Source of the DNA: Kondoa subrosea
Lineage: Eukaryota
DNA length: 64,000 nt
Assembly: GCA_039545335.1 (NCBI GenBank)
Contig: BCIN01000002.1
Span: 2,510,678 to 2,574,677 of the forward strand
Reading direction: 5' to 3'
How positions within the stretch are numbered: the first letter of the stretch is position 1; each line of letters opens with the position of its first letter. This document shows positions 27,033 through 40,803 of the stretch, piece after piece. The notes under the pieces were generated by a model. That model had not been told where the DNA came from. It worked only from the letters and a program-made list of their open reading frames with translations, and did not search any database. A program made the translations under genes and the position numbers.

Positions 27033-28524
27033 TTAGAATCTTGCTGAATCATTGAATGGTTTCCAAGTTACCATTGACGCATCCTCGTCATTGAAGATCG
27101 ACAAAAGTTCATGAGGCCAGAAGAATTTGCAAATCCCTTGGACCCTAACCCTTCCCTTGACCCCTTCGTATTTCTTGAAATCGCGAATGAAATGCTGACG
27201 CACAGCAGAGCGATCTGCTGCGTCGAGTCCGTCAGAAACAGAGCACACTCCCTTATAACCGCCCCATTGACAAATTGACAAGTAAGATAGTTGGGGAAAT
27301 TTGACTTCGTCAAGAAAGAAGCTGCAGTCATTAAAGCCTAAAGGATTTGCAAGACCTACTGGCGGACGTAGGCTGATACTGCGCAATCCGCGCCGCAAAG
27401 GCTCTGCTCGCTCAAAAGCCTCTTGCACTGCTTTCCAGAATATCTTGTCATCGCTGCCGAGACGTTCCCACGCAAGACGAATCTTCTTGCACCTGTGTAG
27501 ATGACTGAATATGTGCATAAGGAAGTCAGCTTCTAGATCTGCGGTATCCAAAGGATTGAGTTCCAGGGTTTCGAGCCGATCGAAGTTGCTCGCCAATTGT
27601 AAGAGACTGGTCTCGAAGTAAGGTAATCGTGGCCAGTTCAGCGAAAGATGTTTTAGCTTGCTATCAGGGTGGGACAAGAGCGATGCAAGATAATCGTCTT
27701 CCGCTGCCAGATCCTCTGGAAAACTGGACTCTTGCCGGTCGATGTGAAGACTTTCCAAGGGTAAAATTGCTCCAGATGGTTTCCATAGGAGTACGTTGGC
27801 AAATTCAGCTTCCGCAAGTTGGGGCATGGTGTGAATCCAGGGCATGAAAACGTTGCTAATTCCTGCATCCGGTATATCCAGGCAACCAAGGCGAAATTTC
27901 CGCAATGTTGACATGAAAGGCATTCTCGACAGCTGGTCAAACTGAGGTAGAGTGAAATCGTCTTGGTCATAGTCAAATTCCTCAGCATCCTCAATATAGC
28001 AATAATCAAAGTCAATGCTGAGAAATGCAAGATTCGTGAAGGAAGATAGAGAGTTTAGCTGCCGACGTAGATCCGCTTGCTGTTGCCACATTGCCCCTTT
28101 CCGCTCCAATCTCAGGTCACATCTTCTCCAACCACAAGTGCCATCACAAGAATATTCGTGATCAATCAATAGAGTGAAGTCTCAATGAGCATACTTCACC
28201 AGAGAACCTTTGGCCGCTTCAGTTGAAAGTGTGCTGTGTAGCCCGTAGTGAGACATGTCGAAGGTCGAGAGATTTCTGTAGAGGTACGGCAACATCATTC
28301 GAGCTTTAAGCGCACAGTCAGACTCGCAAAGTCTTGCATATAAGCTCGGACTTACAGAAGAGTTCTGCGACACCGCATTCAGTACAAAGAAGGCCTGCAT
28401 GGCAAAGGTACATACGACATGTAAGACCAAGGTTTAGCATTGTCCCCTTCGGCTGTTGCCTAGGATCCTGCAGCTCGAGGATTTCGAATACATGGTGCAG
28501 AAGCTCTGGTGGTAAAGCTTGCAT
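27033..28524 (-). CDS. F-box/LRR-like protein
   Basis: MQALPPELLHHVF...LGLTC|QLF|SRMMLPYLYR via a 9-nt micro-exon at 28356-28364; long LRR-like last exon at about 27033-28169. Confidence 0.7.
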
Positions 28525-28847
28525 GTTGAATCGGTAGGAGAAGTATGCACTGAAGCACTTTGCAGACGAGCCAAGTCTGTTTGCAGCGATTCAGTCGGGA
28601 GACAGCAACAATACAGCTAGTCCTACTGAATAGTCCAGAGCTATTTCGACTTCCCGAGATAACTAGGTTGTACGCAAGGTCCGGTTGTGTGTAGGTGAGA
28701 TACATGATACAAACAGGTTGTGATCAACTGTGTCTATGCCACATTCGCCAAGCTGCCATCAAAGACAGCCCGCTTATTGATCATTGCAAAGCTTGAAAGC
28801 CACCCGAAGACACCGAAATACAAACTGCCCGATACTGCATCACATAA

Positions 28848-30796
28848 TCAAAGATCCCCATCTTGCGCTCGCTTCCTGCTCTTACTTCTATACGGATCAC
28901 ATACTCGTGGGTTGAAGACTTTCCTTGCATCGGGATGAAGATATCCATTTTCGACCTAGCGTGACATCACTATAAGATCTTGAAAGAGGTCAGAATCGCT
29001 TACTGATTGAACGTAGTCTCTCAGGATTCCACCCATTTTTGTTCCGGTACCACCTCCGTTACCAATCAAAGCACCTTGCTCGATCTTGAAATTCCAGAAA
29101 GCCCAGCTAAAATTGCTCTAAATCAATTACTGCCCTAACACCATAACAAACGAAGACTCACCCTCCTGCATCGGCTCCAGTCGAATGAGCTAGCTTTTGT
29201 GCATCTCCGAAGCTGGCAAGACGGGTTAGCCGCAGTCGCCAACCAACACACTCAAACTCACTCTCGATAGAATTGAGCAGAGGGGGACATGCTGTCCTCT
29301 ACTGCTAGCCACCACTCGCCAGCGACTAGAGGCGAGTTACCAAGAGCCGCGTTATTCTTCACCCGGTCCCAATCTATATGAGACATGAGCATACAGCAAA
29401 GACAACGCTACGAAATCCCGACTAACTGCAGATCTTTTGCATATATGCAGCTTCGGTCGAGTTATCTGCTACGTAGCCCCAAGAGAAGTATGGGTGGTCA
29501 TCATACACTGCTGGTCCATTAACAGCTTTGACAGGATTGTATCGGTTTGGGTCTCTCCATTGCCATGATGCTGATTCGAAAGCAGTTGTAAGACATGCGT
29601 TGTAGCCTTTCTGTTGGATTGCGCGTTTCGAAGGTTTGTTGTAAGTCGCTGGAGGGGAAAGCTTAAGTATTTTGAAGGTGCGAGCGATCAAAGCTTTGGT
29701 CGCCGAATCCAAAGATGGGAGAGGTCTAGAAGATCCGCCAGCAGGACAACCCATGCCAAGCTGTTACGATGATCAGACTGTTGGCACGAAATGTACCAGA
29801 ACACTAACATAAACTTCGGTCGCGCGAACATTATCAACAAAGCCTCTGTAGTCTGCAAAGGTCCCGCTTAGGTCTGACCCATATCGTTAACAACCAACTC
29901 ACATGTATCTAGACCGGGCGTATTGTCAGGATTCTGATCCGGCTCATTGATAGCTTGTAGAGAGTACACATCTGAACATTTTCACGCTCATCAATGCATG
30001 TAAAAGCAATACAGTGAAGCGACGTACTTGACCAATCAGGATCAGCATGAATCAAAGCAGTCAAGACTGCACTGAGCTGAAGACCTCGCTTGAAGTTCGC
30101 TGGCGTGTAGAAATTTGGTTGCGTACAGTAGCCTGGTCATCGATTTGAGTCTGTCCCCGAGTAAGCAGGAATACGAGTATTGCTCACCAGCAAACATTTG
30201 ATTGGTAGCAGAAACACCTGGCAAAGCATGTATGTCAAGCATCACGCTGATTTTTGCTTTCTTGAGCATTTTCAATGCTCTCTTTAGAGCCCAGAGACCT
30301 CCGTTGGGATAAAAGTCGTTTTTGGTTTTCAAGGACTCGATGATCCACCAACCAATCGGAAGGCGAACCATATTGATCTTCAAGCTCTTGAGCTTATTGA
30401 CATCAGCTTGAGTGAACCACGTTTGCCAGTGCTGAAAGAAAAAGTTCAGCATTGATCTTCTTCCAGCTGAGGAGGAGATCACCTTCGCAAAGACTTGATC
30501 TGCTTTCTTCTGACCCAAGGCTTTCGTCAAACGGTACTCATCTCGAATACAAGTAGTACAATCTTGACATGTTTGACCACCCATTAATTCCCATCGTGAA
30601 GCGTACAACCACGGTTCCGCAACGAACTGTCAATCGTTTAAGCTTTCCATACATAGAAACAAAGATCCTGATGACCCACTAAACCGCCCAAGTTGACTCC
30701 ATATGCTTTAGATGGACCGCCTTGAGCTAGGTTCTGAGCGGAAGCGAGAGGAAGCAAAGCTGTCAAAGCCGCGAGCAATAGATCAACTTTGACCAT
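28848..30796 (-). CDS. Secreted glycoside hydrolase family 5 (beta-glucanase-like)
   Basis: Signal peptide; GVNLGG; VAEPW; INMVRLPIGWW; DIHALPG; INEP (acid/base); DDHPY; VAGEW (nucleophile); WNFK. Confidence 0.88.
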
Positions 30797-31219
30797 GAGT
30801 GGGGGCGATAAAAGTCAGTGAATAAAGGAAAGGAATGAGGGATGCTGAAGAGCTGTAGGGGAAGAGTCGCAAGAGCGCGGCTTTGTGGAAATTCAAGAAT
30901 CTGTTGTCAAGCAATTCGTTGCTGAGATATAGAGGCAGGGTATCAGCCAAGCGGTTATCAGTCAATGGTATAAGTCAGGAGCTTGTTGCTTTGGGTAATC
31001 GTGGGCCCAAACACTGCCCGAACGAAAACAAAGCTTGAACGTGGAATTAATGCGGGGTAACTGAACTCAAACACTGCGTCCAAGGCCGATGACAGTGTGT
31101 GCAGCAGACTCCAGAGAGCGATTCGAGGATCTGCCAATGAGTTGCGTGCAACTGCAATACTCACTAACCCAAAATCACAAAATCCAATGCTAATAGGTCC
31201 TGTCTGTACTTGACTAAGC

Positions 31220-32977
31220 CTATCCTCCGTTGCTTCCACCAGCCACTAGATGCCCTGTACCAGGGTTCTGATCGTCGTCAAGCTGCGACTAATGCGTCAA
31301 TCGGATGCACAAATAACCAAGGATGGCACTTACATGGATATACGCTCGCTCAACTCCCGAAAGACTCTCTAGAGCTAGTTGAATACTTTCGCCACAATTG
31401 TGAGCGGTCGGCTGCAGAACCATATCAGCTCTGTGTCCAATGTTTAGGAAAGCGAAAACTTACCAAAGGTGTTTCCCTCGGAAGAATGATATCGCACTCC
31501 ACAACCTGATTATCGCCGGCGCTATAGACTGATACTTGCGTAATCTGCTTGACCAAAGGGCTAAATCGAGTGACGAGGTAAATAACCCTCTGATGGGCTG
31601 CTGGACTTGCTCTTCTTCCAGCAAGATTGACCACATTGTCGTAAAGAGTTGAAGACCAATCGATAATGATGTAGATCGATAAAATCACTCCCCCAAGTGG
31701 ATCTAGCTTGGGCCATCCAATAAGATTACCAACAACAGGGAAAACAATAGATAGTAGATTGAAAACGACATCGTTCTGAGCATCTTGCGCTAGAGCTTTG
31801 ACGGAAGTATTTTGAAAGGATCGATAAGCCAGCCAAACACCGAACTTGATCATTACTGTCGCAGACATGATAATCAGGCCATTCCGACTGATATTGACCG
31901 CTTCGAGCTGTTTGTCGGCCAGTCTTTGAACAGATTCAATGCTGAGCCAGTACAATTAGCAGTATTCTATTTTCGTTGGATGAAAAGCATACAGAACTTG
32001 GATGAAAGACGCTTGCATGCTATGTTCAACATTAGTAATACCACTAGCTTCAAAGACGGAGAACGAACAAAACAGAAAAGACAATGATACCCATCGGCTA
32101 CGTATATTGAGGCTTCAGCATGCAGAAACTCTCGACAAGAGGTAAGGTCACCTCTAATCTCTTCTTTCCTGCAGGATATCTCCATTGCGTCGATTCATCT
32201 GTATGCGCTATCCATCTTGACGTAAAGAAAATAATCTGTGGGCAATGTTTAATGCTTAGCTGAGATTTTCAGCAGCAGTTGTATCAGCACCTACAAGAGT
32301 GGATAATAGATCCATGGCCGAATCAATAGTTGAAGCAATCAAAGAGATTGAATTAGTAAGCAGCACAACAAAGATCTTTGCCGCTAGGAGAAGGACATTG
32401 ATAGCCAGATTGACATTGATCGCTCGGCTGACGGTCTTGTTAGCTGCTTCTTCTCTCCCATGCGATGACATATGACCCTTGGGTAAAAGAGGAGCGCTTT
32501 CCAAATCTCTAGTGTGCTGATCTTTCGAAGCGGTAGTCACACAATCGTCCAGTATCTCGTCCACTGTCAACAAACTTGATTCAGCAGGATTCTTAAATCC
32601 TGAAGAAGCAGTAAGTGACCTTCTGCAAAAGCGTCCAACAGCTCATTTTGATTCTCATAGAATTGTCGAAGCGATTTCTTCATTCCTTTGAGTTCCTTCT
32701 CATCCTTTCTGAATGTATTCTCAATACAAACCCATTTGACCAGAGTTGATATACTTACCTGAATCGCTCGAAGTCACCGCCTCGACTACATCACCGTCAA
32801 TTTTAAGAGACAAGAGTAAGTGCAATGAGCGCACTTATCTACTAAAGTGCTGTCAATCTGATGAGACTTTAATGCATCTTGGGCAACTTGAATAGCTGAT
32901 CCATAATTCAGGGAGAGCCAGGGTGGTTGGGTAGTCGCTGGTAAATTCAACAGACTATGACTACGCTGTAGAGGCAT
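31220..32977 (-). CDS. Cation diffusion facilitator (MTP8-11-like metal transporter)
   Basis: SISLIASTIDSAMDLLS, ALAQDAQNDV, LDPLGGVILSIYII, AHNCGESIQLALESL..VERAYIH. Confidence 0.88.
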
Positions 32978-33366
32978 GTCCGCTGCTTATAGCTTTGCTG
33001 GCCCTATAGCAATTTGCCTATTCTTGCGAAACTTGCAATTCGAAATGTGGGCAGAGATGTCAAAAACGACAGGACAGCGCAAGAGAAGCTAAGAGCAATT
33101 GATATACGAATTGCAGTGGTATCTAGCAAGCAGCAGTCACGGTATGAAGTGTTGATGTGCTCCCATTGTCGAGATTCGAGATAAGAGCTTCTGTATTACT
33201 AAGGTGCAAAGCAATTGCGATAGGTGGTTATATGAATCGATCATTGACATTCTTCGATGTCTAATTGTGCACCTTCATTGTTTGTTCCCTTCTTCCCCTA
33301 CAGCCCAATACATCAACCGAGATACCCAATCTATCGCTTACGTTCTAGGTCGATCTTTTGAGCTGC

Positions 33367-34672
33367 TTAATTGCTCGTGAAGTAGCTACAGAGACGCTTT
33401 GTAAGCGGACGATGGGGAAGAATGAGCTGAAACTGACCGATCACCAAAATCACCCAATCCTACGCCATAAAATCAGTCAACGTAAATCAGTAGAAAGAAG
33501 CGTATACTCACCAGGGACCTGTAGGTTGTCGCCGCTCACAAATTAGCCTAAGCTAACACAGATCCACATCACCTACGATATACTTATTCTCGTCCAAACT
33601 AAATCCGATCAATTAGGTTTGCGCTAACTGACTATCATAGTGACTCACCCTTCATCAACCCAACCACAGATCAATTTCACATTAGGGTACGCTTCCAGCA
33701 TACTTTTGATCCCTTCAGGACTAGCAACCAAATTCAAGAAAATGATTCGATCTTCGGGAACACCATGATCCAGTAATACTTCAATAGCTTTTCTAGCAGA
33801 TCCACCTGTTGCTAACATTGGATCTAAGAGTAAACAATAGCGAGAAGAGATATCGGAAGGTAGTTTAGCGTAAAAGAGTTTGGGAAGAGCGGTTTCTTCA
33901 TCCTATGAATCCCATTCAGCAAAATTCCCACCAGACAGAAGTGAGGAGAAGTACTCGTTGTATTAAGATCTTGCCAATCCGTACAGACCTGTGTCAAATC
34001 AGCATAGCCCAAAAGAATGAGATAGAGCTTGCCGACAACATTCTCGAAGACCTGCTTCCTGTAGGCTATGATTAAACAACGCATCTTCGCGAGGACATTT
34101 GAGATAGCGAACCATAGCTTCCCCTGCTCTCATGATGCTCACTCCACAGACTGTGCATTGGCCCAATTCTTCAGCAACGTAGACTGCTTCGAGCTAGGGA
34201 TGAACACACTTTTCCCTTGAAATCCAACACCTTTATATGATACGCCCGTTGGCGTGTTCACAGCTGTACATCAAGGTTCTGCTCAATCAGATGGACACTG
34301 GAACCAACAGTAGCTCGACCAACATTTTTCTACCACTGGTAAATGATTGAGTCCTTCTTCAACGAGTAATCGAATGATTCTATCAGCATAGAAGCTGTCC
34401 ATTCCACTCGATAATAAGCAATGCAGATTTGCTTTATACGCAGTGTAAGACGAACATGAATTCTCCTCTTGGGGTGTTGATATCTCTTATGATAGTAAGT
34501 AGAGCATCTAATTGAGCTGTTCTTCGAAGTGTATGCGCATTAGCAGGTAGCTATAACCATTAGATTAGATTCGACAAGTCGCACTGCAATTGCGGGAAGA
34601 CGAAGAGCTGACTTTGAGAGAGGATTTTTTGTCCGCTGGTGTGGATAACAGTTCGTGTTGTACTTCAGGCAT
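33367..34672 (-). CDS. FUR1: Uracil phosphoribosyltransferase (many exons)
   Basis: FYADRIIRLLVEEGLNHLP, CGVSIMRAGEAM, DPMLATGGSA, NKYI|VPG|LGDFGDR|YFTSN*. Confidence 0.93.
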
Positions 34673-34918
34673 CTTTATAGTTCGAGATGGTAGAGGTGAG
34701 AAAAGAACCCTTAGAGTCAAGATAAGCTCGCGAAGAGCGATAGGCGGATGAAGTCCGATAATGCTCTAATGCTACGAATACGTTCCGAAAGAAAGGCAGT
34801 ACAAGATAGCAGAACCCGTGCGAGGAACATGTCCATCTGACGCGAATCCGTACAAAGACTGTTTCCAGCCCTTGCAGCTGTATTGACCAAGAAGTTGGGA
34901 GAGCTGCTATACCGACAT

Positions 34919-35863
34919 CTAGTCTTCGTCTCCACCAAAGAGAGCAGCAATCTATAGAATTGAATCCTTATAAGCTTCGCGAATGAGCTATATAGAAGTA
35001 ACTTGCGTTCTTTGAACCACCTCCAGGCCTACATTGATATTGAGCTTGATGCGGTATACATCTTTGAAACGACGTACAATTCTCGAACGCGTCTGGTAGG
35101 CTTGAATCCCCCTGAAGCGGTTTCGACATTTGAAGCTGGAACAGGTTTCTCTACTACCTGAGCTTCTTCCTCCTTCTGTACATGTACGGGAGTACGGTGC
35201 TGACGAGCTCTAGATGATGGAGGTGGGATGTTCTCTTCTTCTGATTCTTCACCGCCAAACAAACTGTATGCCTGATCTTCAGTAATGTTATATGACACGA
35301 GAGGATCTCTCACCTAGCAATCTGTTTGGATCCACCTCCAGGCAATTCGCGGACTTTCCTAGTAGGTTCTGTACCCAATAATCAGCTGAAGGAGCCATTT
35401 TTGCTGAAGGATACTTACTGAAAGCTTCGCCTGAAGGTAAGATAACCTGTTCCGCTTGTTTCTCTTTGCGACCAGAAGCAGGAGGAGTAGGATAACCTTC
35501 GTTCTTAGGTTCTTCCTTCTTGACTTCTGGAGCTTGTGTAGCAGAGTTAGCATCCAGGTCCAATTTGCCAAAAGCTTCCACATAGCCTGACTCTACGCGT
35601 CAAGATATAGTCCATACAGTACATACAAAGCGTACGAGGAAGTTTCTTGATCTCTTGACCACTATTACACGGTCAGACCTTGCTCCATATCTAGTGTTTA
35701 TCACATAGACTCACTTTGGATCCACTTCTACACCAAGAGATTTCAAGAAGGCCACCAGATTACCTTTGGTCAAGACTACACGTGTGTCGTAAGGCAAGAG
35801 ACCAAGCTTGTACTGCCAATCTTTCTCGTTTTCGAAATCAAACAAAGTCTCTTGGAATGCCAT
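34919..35863 (-). CDS. Hypothetical protein with two FKPTR(K/R)VRELPGGGS..IA.LFGG repeats
   Basis: The spliced model gives two aligned repeats; the last intron (34952-35006) is GC-AG. Confidence 0.65.
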
Positions 35864-36351
35864 GCTGGGTAGATTCTCGATTGATGTATTATGTTGTGTT
35901 TGTGGCTTTGCTATGAATGCGTGTGGTGACAGGCTCCTCCGATTTGTTTTGGGTGGTTCGCAAACAACAGAAGACGAGCTCGACTTGGTACGACGAAGAC
36001 GCGGAAAATCGGGCCTGAAGATACCTTAGAGAAGAGAGGTATACCACAGAGAGCATACCTAGGCTATTGCTGGAGCTCCATAGGGCCGAATCGGGGCGGA
36101 ATTTGGTGCAGAAAGTTGGGAAATCTAATAGGTCAAAGAGTGGGGCTTTATAAGCTAGGGTAGCAGCGAAGGCTGGTAAGAGCTATCTGTAGACTCTGAT
36201 GCTGCGCGAAATGCTGATTTGTATGGCGGTGATGCAGTCTTTGGCTCGAATACTTGAAGATAGCGAAAGTGCGGCCAAGTGAGATCTTGCTCTTGAGTGA
36301 CTTCAGCAGGTCAGTAACAGCAGCTGAGACTACTTCAAAAAGTCTGATGAG

Positions 36352-37650
36352 ATGTGTTGCCGACGAGTAGATCAGCGCCCAAGCTCGTTGCGGTATCTCG
36401 GTTGCAGCTTACGCACACTATTGTCCTTCGCTATCCTCCAGCTCCAAGATCTGCCAATCGAATTGATAGAAAATATAGCTCACCAATTGTCCACTTCAGG
36501 AGTTTATCGATTGCTTTTCGTTAGTCGCAAGATTTCCACTGCTGTTTCTGGTTCGGCCCTACATGCATACATACGCGCTCCTGGTAGCAATGAGAGTCTC
36601 TTCATCAAGCATCTGACGACACGCCTAAAACAACGCCCTGACTTAGGCAAACATGTTAGGCACTATAACTTGCTGGATTGGTGCACTGCTGCTCCGGACA
36701 ATGTGCTGGAATGCGCATCGTTCTATCAAGATCTGGCTATGGCATATGCTTTGCTCGAAAGGTACAGCATGTCTGAATGGAATCCAGTTCTTACCTAATG
36801 CGATAGCATCTAGAATGCCTGACCTGGTCTCTTTTGTGACACCGTATATGCCGCCCTCTAACGATTCAACTTATACGAATGATCGGATAGCCGATATTCT
36901 GGCCTGCCACAAACTGCAATTCTTGCATTTGATCAATTCCGAGGAAAACGAAAACAACCCCTTAGCATTTGAGCAAATATTACCTCTGGCAGCTCTTTCT
37001 GGTCTTCGCTCCTTACATCTGGAAGCAAATACCTTCACACTATTACCACCTTGGAAATATCGTTTCTGAACATTACCAGCCTACAATTGAGCTGCTTTCA
37101 TGGCACCGACACAGAGTTGCGCCGAATACTTCTAGATTTTCCTAATCTAACACAACTCGAAGTCCATGGTGAAGAGAGTCTGGATGATAGAAAACTGCTA
37201 CTGGAGACTTTATCTGAGACCTGCGCGGGTCTGCACAGATTGGTACTATACAATTTGTTCAGCGATGAAGTATCTGCACTCGAAGAAGATGATGCTTTGG
37301 TCGAAACTTGGTTATCCTGTTTCCCTCAGCTTTCTGTATTTGCTTCATGCCCGAATCTTGTTACCTGGACTGCTCTTCTGGGCCTTTCCAAATCAGTAGC
37401 GCAAGTCAAGCTTTGGCGGTCCGGTCTGCCTATATCCGAAATAGCACTAGTGATCGCGATATGGACAAGAGATATAGAGATTTGTACACCTAGAAAAGTT
37501 ATACTGCCGCCTCACCACCTCATACCAGCAGCAACTCTACAGCAGACAGATGTGAGTATATGTGCTTCTCCTTCGTGTCAAATTTTCTAGATACGTTTGC
37601 GCTTTAGATCCTTATTGCTGGAAGTTGCATATCAGTTCAGTACGGCTGGT
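36352..37650 (+). pseudogene. F-box/LRR-like paralogue 1, frameshift near 37050
   Basis: LQDLPIELIENIAHQL..VYRLLFVSR; the LRR-like frames 36653-37069 and 37051-37590 overlap with no intron signal. Confidence 0.6.
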
Positions 37651-37713
37651 AGCCACGGCACTGTGCAGCTTCCGCCGCGCCATTTTGCCCGCAGGAGTCG
37701 AGAAGCAGGGGGG

Positions 37714-37753
37714 CTCAGAGCGAACTGAAGACACTCAGAGCGAACTGAAGACA
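37714..37753. repeat. Perfect 20-bp tandem duplication CTCAGAGCGAACTGAAGACA x2
   Basis: Read directly from the sequence. Confidence 0.9.
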
Positions 37754-37759
37754 TTGGAG

Positions 37760-38490
37760 CTCTCAACAACTTACGACACCTGGATCTTGCCAATTCAATT
37801 GCGTCCGAAGGGACGCCTTCCCAATTCAACAGTAAACACTTTTGCCAGATCATGAACTCTACCCAATTATCTTCTGTCAATATACGTCTCATCAAATTGG
37901 GCAGCCTTAGGATTTGACAATTCAACGGATGCCATTTACGTAGCTTGACGACCTCCGAATGTTTTAAGAATGTCGATGGCCTCAACTGATTCCTCAAGCA
38001 AGTCCCAAACTTACTATCCCTCACACTGGGTGAAGAAGATCAAGTGCCAGCAGCATCCCTAATCCAATCTGTGGTCCGGTATTGTAAACAACTTCAGCAT
38101 ATGCACATTTCCAACTCCAAGAGCAGAATAATCGATCTTCCGCCCAGCAACTGGTTGGAGTCTCTGCCAAATTTACGGACACTACACCTCAACATCCCAA
38201 ATTGTCTTGCCAACATCTCATTGCTATATCTTAGCAAGCATGTAACCGCAATCGATCTAAGCCGTTCACAAGTGACCGAAGCAGCTATAGCTTATAGTAT
38301 TCTGCGATGGGTAACGGATGGAGCGATCTCGAAGAGGGTAGTAATAGTTGACGAGATGAAAGATAAAGACCTGAAAGCAGCTATTCTTGTTCGTCTTGCT
38401 GCTCAACTCAGAGCATGTTTTACTGAAAATTCGAACAGGAGGATTGTAGAGGGAGCAAGGTGACTGTGAAGTTTGGTCAAGCTGAATAGC
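37760..38490 (+). pseudogene. LRR-like paralogue 2 fragment (no F-box seen)
   Basis: WLESLPNLRTL...SLLYLSKHVTAIDLS...IAYSILRW parallels the C-termini of the flanking paralogues; the upstream part contains stops. Confidence 0.5.
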
Positions 38491-38983
38491 GGGATATTGG
38501 GACGGAAAGTGCTGTAAGGGCCTTAAATGCTTTGTGGAACGTCAGGAACCATTATTCGTCTATGTAGCAAGCGGGCGTTGGACATAGACCGGCAGGCCGA
38601 GGCTATTGATTGGTAAATAATGGTAATTCAGTTTCTGGCAAGATCTCAACTTGTTCTCAGACCATTCAAATACCCGAAATTGTCCATTAGACTACCATAG
38701 TCACCTATTTTGAACAGTGAAAGCAAATACTACTGTGAAACTAAAACCCCTGCTGGACTCACAGCGAAATTAAAGAAGTTGGACAGAGTTTTGATGTACG
38801 AGACTGTGCAAGCGGTGAAAACGAGGCGCAGCAACAGATTGTAGGAGCAGGAATTGAGGCGAGGGAGGCATAACATCGAATTTGGCTGCGTTCAAAGTAC
38901 AGCATACGGTAGGTCTAGTTGTAGAGAAGGCAAGCGAAGCTCTGCAGCTCCCGCTCTGTCACGCATTGGTCAGCTCTCTCAAT

Positions 38984-40203
38984 ATGGTCAAGACGCATCT
39001 GCTGGACCTCTCCCCAGAACTGCTCGAGCAGATCGCTTTCCAGCTACCTCACCGGGATGTTTATCATTTGCTCTTTGTCTGCAAGCAATGGCACACCATC
39101 GCTCAAGCGCCTCTCATGCATACTTTCCGAGCAGAGGACGCAGATATTAGTGAAGATCACAATGGAATCGCGATCCGCAAGTTCCATGAATATTTGGCCA
39201 GAAATCCTTCCAAAGCAAAGCTTGTGCGGGTTTATAATCTTGAATATGCCTTTTACGCTTTGGCTCCTGACCCTGATGTACCTGAATGCGCTACCTTTCT
39301 CTGGAATTACATGCGATCTTGGGAATTGGCCTCGAAATTGCCAAGATTATCGGCCTTTAAATGTCCGATATCTCTTCAACACAGAATACCGGGCATTCGT
39401 TGGGCCAACTTCATGCAAGACAGAATACCGAGATCTGTCAATTCCAGTCGTTGCAATCCTTGAACCTGCAGAACAGGCGCTGGGATGCAAACGGTGACGA
39501 TGCTGATGCTGTAATCTACTGGACGGATGCTATTCCGGTTTTGAAGCTGCCCATGCTCCCAGTTCTTTCGCTGGAGCAGATTCCACTTGCCCCGCCTGCA
39601 AATACTGCTCCGATAAGCCAGGATCCCAACCCGAATACAAAAGCCTGTACCTTGAGTGGTATAACCAAGACAACTCATATCTGGAACACATGCTCAAAAT
39701 TTTCCCTTCGCTACAGCGGCTAACCCTCGGCACAGGGAAGCTAATACGAAACCAAACTATCGATAGTCTGGCGCTGCACTGCAAGACACTAACACACTTG
39801 ACTCTCAACACTTACGTATTTGATTCTTCCGCAAGGGAACCCGAATTGCAAGAAGATTGGCTCAAACTGTTTCCGTACTTGACATGTGTCGATATCGCCG
39901 CGCAAAATTGTCTAGGACCGACCAGTCTGCTGTACCTTCCCCACACCTTATACTCTCTCTCTATCTCTTGCGACGCTGTACACGAGAGCACAATCGCTTG
40001 GACTGTGTCAAGCTGGCTACGAGATACTTCCATAAAACGCCGTCAAGTCACAATCCATGGCTTGTATAGAAATTCACCGTTGCGAAAGATATTACGCGTG
40101 CGTTTTCCATCCTAAAGGCAAGATTTGCTTACATGCTGATTCATGTAGCGATTTGCAGAAAGACTGTTACGGGACTCACATCGACCTCTTGTTCCTTTTC
40201 TAG
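38984..40203 (+). pseudogene. F-box/LRR-like paralogue 3, frameshifts near 39425 and 39625
   Basis: MVKTHLLDLSPELLEQIAFQL..VYHLLFVCKQW; homologous content is split across three frames. Confidence 0.6.
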
Positions 40204-40803
40204 ACTTTCTGTGGTCTTTCAAACCTTCTCCATCGGTCTTATTATCTCAGTAGTATTCGAGCTTCAAGTTAAGTCAATCAATTTTGATAGCCTCATGAAT
40301 CTTTCACCCACGACTTTCCATGTCTATACAAGCAATCAAATCCACCAATCAATGACAAGAGCATGTTCAAAATCAAATAAATGGTTGATCCCAGGATGAA
40401 GCTTCATATCACTGGAAGAATAGAATAACTTGGAATTTGCATCGAGACCGAATGTGTGGGAATGGAACAAATTGGGTTGTGAAGCTTTCAATCAACTCAG
40501 AAACAGGGAGAAGGGAAAAAAAGCTCATCATGCGTAGCTACTCTTGCATTCATCAACCCAAGTCGGTTTGCGAACTGTCTGAGTTCGTCGGGACGTGCGC
40601 TGTGGATACTTATCATCGATTTAAGTGTCCAAAGACAACGGACAACAGAATAGATGGAATTGCAGGAACAATTCGAAATGGGACAGGGATGAATCAGCTT
40701 GGAATACTAAAATCCAAGACCTTGCCCGTAAGTCTGAAGCAGTATCAAGATTGCAAAGGGTATCATATGTATGATATGCATGATATGGCTGCGGGACAAT
40801 TGC

